A DNA stretch of 64,000 bases, from positions 12,047-76,046 of the forward strand of contig JAVVPD010000001.1 in the NCBI GenBank assembly GCA_036655975.1, in the 5' to 3' direction. Below, one piece after another: positions 58,189-64,000 of the stretch. The stretch is from Desulfovibrionaceae bacterium (GTDB lineage Bacteria; Desulfobacterota; Desulfovibrionia; Desulfovibrionales; Desulfovibrionaceae). Every line of letters starts with the position of its first letter. The stretch's first letter is position 1. A model generated the notes under the pieces. The model searched no databases, was not told the DNA's origin, and worked only from the letters and a program-made list of their open reading frames with translations. The position numbers and the translations under genes are program-made.

Positions 58189-59736
58189 ATGAACGACAGC
58201 CCCCCCGCAAAAACCCCTACCCTTGCCCGCCGCTATGCTTTCAAGCTGCTGGCAAATATGGCTTCTGTCCCCGTCTATCTTGTGATGGAGGCTTTGCTGC
58301 CGCGAGCACTTGGCCCGCAAACATATGGTAACTATAGTTTTATTACCAATCTTTTTCAGCAGTTCACCGGTTTTTTAGACATGGGGACATCCACCTGCTT
58401 TTACAATGCCCTGTCTCGGCGCCAAAAAGAGCAGGGGCTCGTTGTGTTTTACGCCAAGCTCAGCGTTCTGGTGCTGGTACTGGTGCTGCTCGGTTCTGCC
58501 CTCATGTTATGGCCTTTTGCCGGAGACGCGCTCATGCCGGGGGTGCCCTTGTGGATGGCCCCCTTGGCGGCCCTGTGGGCTTTTTTGACGTGGTGGGGGC
58601 GGGTATTGCGCTCCATGAACGACGCCATTGGCGAAACGGTGCGCTCAGAACTGGTGCGGACGGTGGCCTCACTGGCGGGCATCGGGGTGCTGATCGCCAT
58701 TTTTTTGGCGGACGGTCTCACAGTGGAAAGCCTCTTTGCCCAACAATATATCATGCTGGGGGCCATGGCAGCGGGTTTTTGCTGGGTTATGCGCGGGCAT
58801 TGGCAACAATGGTCGTTCCGGCTCAATATCGCCCAAAATAAGGCTTATACTAAAGAATTTTTCACCTACAGTCATCCTTTGTTCGTGCAGGCCTTATTGT
58901 CATTCATTTTTTTGGCGGCGGAACGCTGGTTGCTACAGTGGTTTGACGGCAGTGCCGAACAAGGTTTTTTTGCCCTGTCACAAAAGGTGAGTATGGCCTG
59001 TTTTTTGTTTGTCTCAGCCATGACCCCGCTGATTATGCGCGAATTGTCCATTGCCTGGGGCAAAAAAGACCGCGATTTGATGGGCTCCCTCCTCACCCGT
59101 TTTGCCCCCATGCTCTTTGTGGTGGCGGCATATTTTTCTTGCTTTACCGTGGCAGAGGGCCAAACTCTTGTATTTTTCTTCGGTGGCGCGGAATTTGCTG
59201 CAGCCATAGTGCCCGTGCAAATTATGGCGCTCTATCCGGTGCATCAAGCCTATGGGCAATTGGCGGGGTCGGTCTTTCATGCCACGGGGCGCACCACGGT
59301 GATGCGTAATATGACCGCCCTCGAATGCGTATACGGTTTCAGCACCGCATGGTTTTTGCTCGCACCGCCCGAATATTTTGGCCTCAATCTGGGGGCCGTG
59401 GGCCTTGCGATTAAAACCGTAGGCGTACAATTTATAACCGTGAATATATACTTATGGCTCGCATCACGCATGATACCGCTCAATTTTGCGCGCAATCTGA
59501 TCCACCAGATTGGCAGCCTAGCGCTGTTACTGGGGGTGGCCTATACCTGCCGCACATTGAGCTTGCTGGCCCCCTTGGGGGGCGACGTCTCGCTATGGCG
59601 TTTTTTGGTATCCGGTATGCTCTATTCCGCCATTATTGCCAGCTTAGTATTGCTGTTTCCCCCCCTTGTGGGCATGAGCCGTCAAGAAATGCGCGAACTG
59701 TTCTTGCGCCTGAAGGCCTATCGCCGCAATCGATAA
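58189..59736 (+). CDS. Polysaccharide-biosynthesis / MOP-superfamily flippase-like membrane protein
   Basis: 515 aa with about 12-14 TM helices and Wzx/MurJ-like organisation. Assigned by architecture only. Confidence 0.65.
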   Translation: MNDSPPAKTPTLARRYAFKLLANMASVPVYLVMEALLPRALGPQTYGNYSFITNLFQQFTGFLDMGTSTCFYNALSRRQKEQGLVVFYAKLSVLVLVLVLLGSALMLWPFAGDALMPGVPLWMAPLAALWAFLTWWGRVLRSMNDAIGETVRSELVRTVASLAGIGVLIAIFLADGLTVESLFAQQYIMLGAMAAGFCWVMRGHWQQWSFRLNIAQNKAYTKEFFTYSHPLFVQALLSFIFLAAERWLLQWFDGSAEQGFFALSQKVSMACFLFVSAMTPLIMRELSIAWGKKDRDLMGSLLTRFAPMLFVVAAYFSCFTVAEGQTLVFFFGGAEFAAAIVPVQIMALYPVHQAYGQLAGSVFHATGRTTVMRNMTALECVYGFSTAWFLLAPPEYFGLNLGAVGLAIKTVGVQFITVNIYLWLASRMIPLNFARNLIHQIGSLALLLGVAYTCRTLSLLAPLGGDVSLWRFLVSGMLYSAIIASLVLLFPPLVGMSRQEMRELFLRLKAYRRNR

Positions 59737-59857
59737 ATCAGCCCCCTAACAAAAAATGTATGCCCGCCCTTCAGGTCTCGGAACGCATGCCGAAGACCGC
59801 GGGGATATTGTGCGGACTCACCCTCCGCCCCATCCTTTTACTGTTGAGCGATGCCCC

Positions 59858-60364
59858 ATGTTAAGCACGCCTGCCTTCATTATTCCTCTCCCGCGCAGGA
59901 TTTTTGAGCTTGCGCTACTGCTGGCGCTGGCTTTTGTTTTGGGCGGTTGCGGATCAAAAAATCTGGGCTACACGCCCTCTGGTTCGGCTAAGGGCAGTGA
60001 TATTGTCAAAACTGCCTATTCCCAGATGGGTCAAAGGTACCGCAATGGCGGCGATTCTCCGAACAAAGGTTTCGACTGCTCCGGCCTGATCTGGTGGACG
60101 TATAAAAAACATGGCATCAAGGTACCGCGCATCACCACAGATCAAGCACACACGGGGAAATCTGTCCCCCGGGGACAAGCCAAACTGGGCGATATTGTGG
60201 TGTTCCGCACCGGATCAAGCCCGCGCGGCCTGCACACGGGGATTTATTCGGGCAACGGCACCTTTATTCATAGCCCGCGCCGAGGCGAAAGAGTGCGGAT
60301 GGAAAGCATGGAAATCCCCTATTGGGACAAAAAATTTGTGGGGGTGCGCCGCGTGGTGTACTGA
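59858..60364 (+). CDS. NlpC/P60 (C40) family cell-wall peptidase lipoprotein
   Basis: Lipobox FVLGGC. Catalytic Cys in GFDCSGLIWW. His in GIYSGNGTFIHSP. Confidence 0.85.
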   Translation: MLSTPAFIIPLPRRIFELALLLALAFVLGGCGSKNLGYTPSGSAKGSDIVKTAYSQMGQRYRNGGDSPNKGFDCSGLIWWTYKKHGIKVPRITTDQAHTGKSVPRGQAKLGDIVVFRTGSSPRGLHTGIYSGNGTFIHSPRRGERVRMESMEIPYWDKKFVGVRRVVY

Positions 60365-60482
60365 ACACACCATGAAACTTTCTGAATCTCCTGAACTAAC
60401 CTTGCTTTTTGCATGGGGCTAAGGTAGCTTTCTGACATCTTCTTTACCCACAGATACCACAAGATTTTGGTCAGGAGGCCTC

Positions 60483-61112
60483 ATGTCCAAACCTGCCCCC
60501 GCTACATCCCATGCCCATGATGTTTTGTTGTCTATTGTTGATATAGCACGGCATTTTTCTTTACCCGAATCCACCGCACGGTATTATTGCAAACGCTTTG
60601 CCCCCTTTATCCCCACCTGTGGTGAAGGAAGGCGGCGGCGTTTCCGCCCTGAAGTTATTCCCGTTATCCAGACAGTGCTAGAAGTTATGCGTAGCTCGCG
60701 CACCGCCACGGCGGTGGAACAAGAATTGACATTGCGCTACCCCCGCAATGCGGAAAGCAATCAAGCCAGCATTGCAGTAAGCACCCCCCTGCCCGCCACC
60801 ACCGAAGGTGTAAGCCCCGCTCGCACCGAAGCTGGGGACTTGCCCGCCTTGGCCTTACACCTTTTGCAGCAGCAAAGCCACGCTCTGGAAAATATTGGCA
60901 CGGCCCTACAATTGATGGTAACCCGGCAGCAACAATTGGATCACCTGACCGATCAAGCCCGCGCTGCCGCTGAAGAAAATTCTCTATTACGTGAGGAAGT
61001 AGGAAAATTACGCCAGCAACTCTACGCCACCGAAGCCTTGCAGCAATCGGATCTTGAGCAATTGCGTACGTGGATGGGCCGCATAGTACGCACCCGTGCG
61101 TCCAACGTGTAG
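60483..61112 (+). CDS. MerR-type HTH protein with a long C-terminal coiled coil
   Basis: N-terminal LSIVDIARHFSLPESTARYYCKRF..F resembles a MerR HTH. The C-terminal ~90 aa are Q/L/E-rich with heptad character. Confidence 0.55.
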   Translation: MSKPAPATSHAHDVLLSIVDIARHFSLPESTARYYCKRFAPFIPTCGEGRRRRFRPEVIPVIQTVLEVMRSSRTATAVEQELTLRYPRNAESNQASIAVSTPLPATTEGVSPARTEAGDLPALALHLLQQQSHALENIGTALQLMVTRQQQLDHLTDQARAAAEENSLLREEVGKLRQQLYATEALQQSDLEQLRTWMGRIVRTRASNV

Positions 61113-61124
61113 GGATGACAATAT

Positions 61125-61145
61125 GAGGGAGGCATGGCCCCCCTC
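61125..61145 (+). terminator. GC hairpin after the MerR-like gene (GAGGGAGGC-ATG-GCCCCCCTC, one mismatch)
   Basis: Read from the sequence. No T-run follows. Confidence 0.35.
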
Positions 61146-61157
61146 ACGATATGTATG

Positions 61158-61217
61158 TTTAGAGCATTTTGCGTAGGCGAAATTTACTTTCGCCGTAAAG
61201 CGCCAGAATGCTTTAGA
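61158..61217 (-). repeat. Intergenic repeat copy C (L module intact; core of the R module deleted)
   Basis: GCGTAGGCGAAATTTACTTTCGCCGTAAAGCGCC then AGAATGCTTTAG. The GGAGCGTCTGGAATCAA block is missing. Imperfect 11-nt inverted ends (9/11). The R end contains the TAA stop of the aminotransferase gene. Confidence 0.8.
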
Positions 61218-62409
61218 TCTTCCGCAGTATTTCGCGGGTAGATTCGAGCATATAGTCAAATTCGGCAGGGCTGAGCCAGTGCTGGAAGGGGAAAGAGATC
61301 ATGGTGTCGTAGAACAAGTCGGCATTGGGGCACTGGGCGGTACCCATGCCAATACGTTTATAAAAGTCATAACGGTCAAGCGGAATGTATTGCACCACAC
61401 ATTTGACCCCTTTTTCTTCAAACAAGCCCCGAATAAGCGCGTCGCGTTTTTCCATCCCACTGGTCACGCGGGCAGTGAGCAAATGATAATTGTGGCGTGA
61501 GGTGGACACCCGCTGGAATTCCAGTTCAGGAAAATCCGCCAGAGCGTCAATAAAGCGCAAGGCGCGTTCGCGTTTTTCGGCATTGATGGTGTCAATACGG
61601 TCGAGCAATTTGGCGCCCAAGGCGCATTCCACTTCACCCAAGCAATAATTGTTCGGCCACAGCATCTGCCCGTTGAGCATGGGCATATCCACATTGCCCA
61701 TGGCGGGCTTCCAATAGTCGGGGCGCTCTCCGGCATAGGCGCAATGCCCATTGTGGCGCAAGGCGGGCACCAGCGCGGCGAGTTTGGGGTCACGCACATA
61801 CAGCATGCCGCCTTCGCCGAGGGTGGTAAGGTTTTTGTGCGAATGGAAAGAAAAAATCGCCATATCGCCAAAGGAACCGCTTTTCACCCCGTCAATATCC
61901 GCACCAATACTCTGGGCGGCGTCTTCAATAACGGGGATGCCTCGGCTGCGGGCCAAAGCCATAATGGCGGGCATATCCGCCACATAACCGTAGAGATGCA
62001 CCACCACAATGGCGCGGGTGCGGGGACTGAGCACTTTTTCAATGCTTTCAGCACTAAGCACACGGGTGTGCAAGTCCACATCGGCCCACACGAGTTTTGC
62101 GCCTTTTTTGGCGTAGGGATAGGCCGAAGCGGTAAAGGTGTGCGAGGGCATGACCACCTCATCACCGGGCTGGAAAGCGCAGAGCTGCGCGGACAATTCC
62201 AACGCGGACACGCCGTTCATAACGGCAAAGCACGTTCCCTGTGCCACACCTTGATAGGCGGCAAATTTATCCTGAAAGGCATGCATGTAGCGCGACTGGG
62301 TTAAGGGGTCGGCATTTTGCATAGCCTCCACCACAGTGGCGATTTCGTCTTCGGTGTAGCGCACAGCGCGACCGCTAAAATTAACCTTGATATCCATAAT
62401 AGGCCTCAT
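61213..62409 (-). CDS. DegT/DnrJ/EryC1/StrS-family PLP-dependent aminotransferase
   Basis: PLP-lysine region FSFHSHKNLTTLGEGG. 398 aa. Confidence 0.88.
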   Translation of the reverse strand: MRPIMDIKVNFSGRAVRYTEDEIATVVEAMQNADPLTQSRYMHAFQDKFAAYQGVAQGTCFAVMNGVSALELSAQLCAFQPGDEVVMPSHTFTASAYPYAKKGAKLVWADVDLHTRVLSAESIEKVLSPRTRAIVVVHLYGYVADMPAIMALARSRGIPVIEDAAQSIGADIDGVKSGSFGDMAIFSFHSHKNLTTLGEGGMLYVRDPKLAALVPALRHNGHCAYAGERPDYWKPAMGNVDMPMLNGQMLWPNNYCLGEVECALGAKLLDRIDTINAEKRERALRFIDALADFPELEFQRVSTSRHNYHLLTARVTSGMEKRDALIRGLFEEKGVKCVVQYIPLDRYDFYKRIGMGTAQCPNADLFYDTMISFPFQHWLSPAEFDYMLESTREILRKI

Positions 62410-62466
62410 CCGACAAGGCCCAACAAAAGGTATACAAAAGCCTTTTGTTGGGCGCTCAGTGCGGGT

Positions 62467-63408
62467 TTATGCTTGGGTTAAGGCGGCGATGAGTTCTTCC
62501 ATCACCTGCGGCGCTTTGTCATGTGAAATCTGACAGGTACCCGCATTGCGGTGGCCGCCGCCGCCATAGTTCAACAATAATTGACCGATATTGACTTTGG
62601 AACTACGATCCAAGATGGAAGCCCCCACCGCAAACACGGTATTTTGTTTTTGAAATCCCCACATGACGTGCATGGACAGGTTGCACTGCGGAAATAATGC
62701 GTACAATAAAAAACGATTCGCTACCCAGATAACATCCTGCGTCCGTAAATCCAACACGGCAAGGTTATTATAAACCCGAGTGCAGGAGGTCAACTGCTGA
62801 TGAGCTTTTTCCTCATGGGCAAAATACAGGTCAGTTCTCTCCCGCACATGGGGCAAAGCCAAAATTTCTTGGATATTGTGATTGCGGCAATAATCAATGA
62901 CTTCCAACATCAATTCATAATTGCTGATGGTGAAATCGTGAAAACGCCCCAGCCCCGTGCGCGGATCCAGAATAAAGTTGAGCAGCGTCCAGCCGGAGGG
63001 GTGCATAATGTCGTCTCGGCTATATTGGGCGGAATCCGCTTTATCCACGGCTTCCATAATTTCATCACTGACGCGGGGAAAGGTAGCTTTGCCACCAAAA
63101 TATTCATAGACTACCCGCGCCGCTGAGGGGGCTTGCGGGTCCAAAATATATTTGGCGGGCAGCGCGGTTCCCCCCTCCTGATTACGCATTTTTTCCGATA
63201 GATGATGATCAAACACAAGATGTGCCTGGGGATTGTAGGGCAGATTGGTCGTAATATCCCCGTCACCAATGACGATGGCCCCGTCTTGCATATCCTTGGG
63301 GTGCACAAAGCAGATATCATTGATCATATCTAATTCTTTGAATAAAACAGCAGAAATCAGTCCGTCAAAATCGCTGCGGGTCACAAGACGAAATTTACGA
63401 TTGCTCAT
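62467..63408 (-). CDS. DHH/DHHA1-family phosphoesterase (NrnB / exopolyphosphatase-related type)
   Basis: Motifs SDFDG, VFDHH and GGGGH in the expected order. Confidence 0.72.
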   Translation of the reverse strand: MSNRKFRLVTRSDFDGLISAVLFKELDMINDICFVHPKDMQDGAIVIGDGDITTNLPYNPQAHLVFDHHLSEKMRNQEGGTALPAKYILDPQAPSAARVVYEYFGGKATFPRVSDEIMEAVDKADSAQYSRDDIMHPSGWTLLNFILDPRTGLGRFHDFTISNYELMLEVIDYCRNHNIQEILALPHVRERTDLYFAHEEKAHQQLTSCTRVYNNLAVLDLRTQDVIWVANRFLLYALFPQCNLSMHVMWGFQKQNTVFAVGASILDRSSKVNIGQLLLNYGGGGHRNAGTCQISHDKAPQVMEELIAALTQA

Positions 63409-63455
63409 GTGTTTCTCCTGTATGAAAAATCTTGTGCTTTCAATTTCCCGTGCCG

Positions 63456-64000
63456 TTACATCCGCTTAAAGCGAGCGATAACATTCTCACGTGTCAGAAT
63501 CTTCTTGTAGTCCGGCCCCAGCATATTGCTGAGAGGACGTTCGTGCACAATGGTACCTTCATACAAGGCGTCATATTGGGCATCGCTCAGCTGAGTGCAA
63601 ATACCCTTGGGCAGATTCACCCCTTGGCGGTGCATCATTTCCATAAAATCTTTATGTTCTTGGGGGTAGATGTCTTCTAACTGCGTGAGGGCGTAACAAT
63701 TGGCAATGCCGTGGTGCATATGCAAAGCCACAGACAGCCCCGCCGACACCGGATGCACAACCCCCACAAAACCTGCGGCCATCCCGCCAAGATAGGAGGC
63801 GATCATCATCTTTTCCAGATTTTCTTCGCTCATCATATCGTCAGACAAGAAAATTTCTTTGCACAATTCCACAGCCTTTTGGGCCAGCGCGTCCACCACC
63901 ACATTGCGGTAAGCGCCGCTCAGGCTTTCAAAGCAGTGCATGTAGGTATCAATACCCGTATAAAAATACTGGTCACGGGGGACGGTGCGGGTCAATTCTG
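63456..64000 (-). CDS. Iron-containing (group III) alcohol dehydrogenase, C-terminal part; the 5' end lies outside the window
   Basis: Metal-binding His region HPVSAGLSVALHMHHGIANC and upstream GIDTYMHCFES. The ORF is open to the window end. Confidence 0.85.
   Translation of the reverse strand, partial: ELTRTVPRDQYFYTGIDTYMHCFESLSGAYRNVVVDALAQKAVELCKEIFLSDDMMSEENLEKMMIASYLGGMAAGFVGVVHPVSAGLSVALHMHHGIANCYALTQLEDIYPQEHKDFMEMMHRQGVNLPKGICTQLSDAQYDALYEGTIVHERPLSNMLGPDYKKILTRENVIARFKRM

Overview
This is a gene-dense chromosomal segment, roughly 55-60% GC by eye. From its gene content it looks like core genome of a Desulfovibrio-type anaerobe (Desulfovibrionaceae). That assignment is an inference from content: nrfHA cytochrome c nitrite reductase, a four-subunit 2-oxoacid:ferredoxin oxidoreductase, a tungsten/molybdenum-type aldehyde:ferredoxin oxidoreductase, a hemerythrin-tailed chemoreceptor, two sigma-54 enhancer-binding proteins, and many sensor kinases. 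I support about 60 protein-coding genes. Housekeeping genes are glmS, gpt, coaBC, queA, pyrK/pyrD, purH, purA, holB, asnS, gapA, ilvD, thiSGHF and pepP. Signalling genes are two hybrid histidine kinases, two sigma-54 activators, a GGDEF protein, a tandem-receiver regulator, an MCP and a Crp-family regulator. Transport genes are a TRAP system, an MFS transporter and two orphan binding proteins. About ten are hypothetical. I found no rRNA, tRNA, CRISPR array, IS element, integrase, phage genes or recognisable defence or toxin genes. I cannot point to a clear new multi-gene system in this window. The most unusual signal is non-coding: a roughly 100-nt bipartite, MITE/REP-like repeat present in five full or partial copies (30.8, 37.2, 43.7, 45.6 and 61.2 kb). 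Every copy lies within 13 nt of a stop codon, and I cannot assign the repeat to any family I know. Second is a complete regulatory module next to nrfHA. It consists of a periplasmic CxxCH (heme-c, DUF3365-like) hybrid kinase with an Hpt domain, a sigma-54 response regulator, and a good -24/-12 promoter in front of nrfH. Other points are a low-GC Crp-TRAP block, a sigma-54 activator with a degenerate receiver domain, a perfect 47-nt palindrome, and thiSGHF sitting directly behind ilvD with no room for a leader. All functional calls come from reading motifs in the supplied translations; no database search was run.
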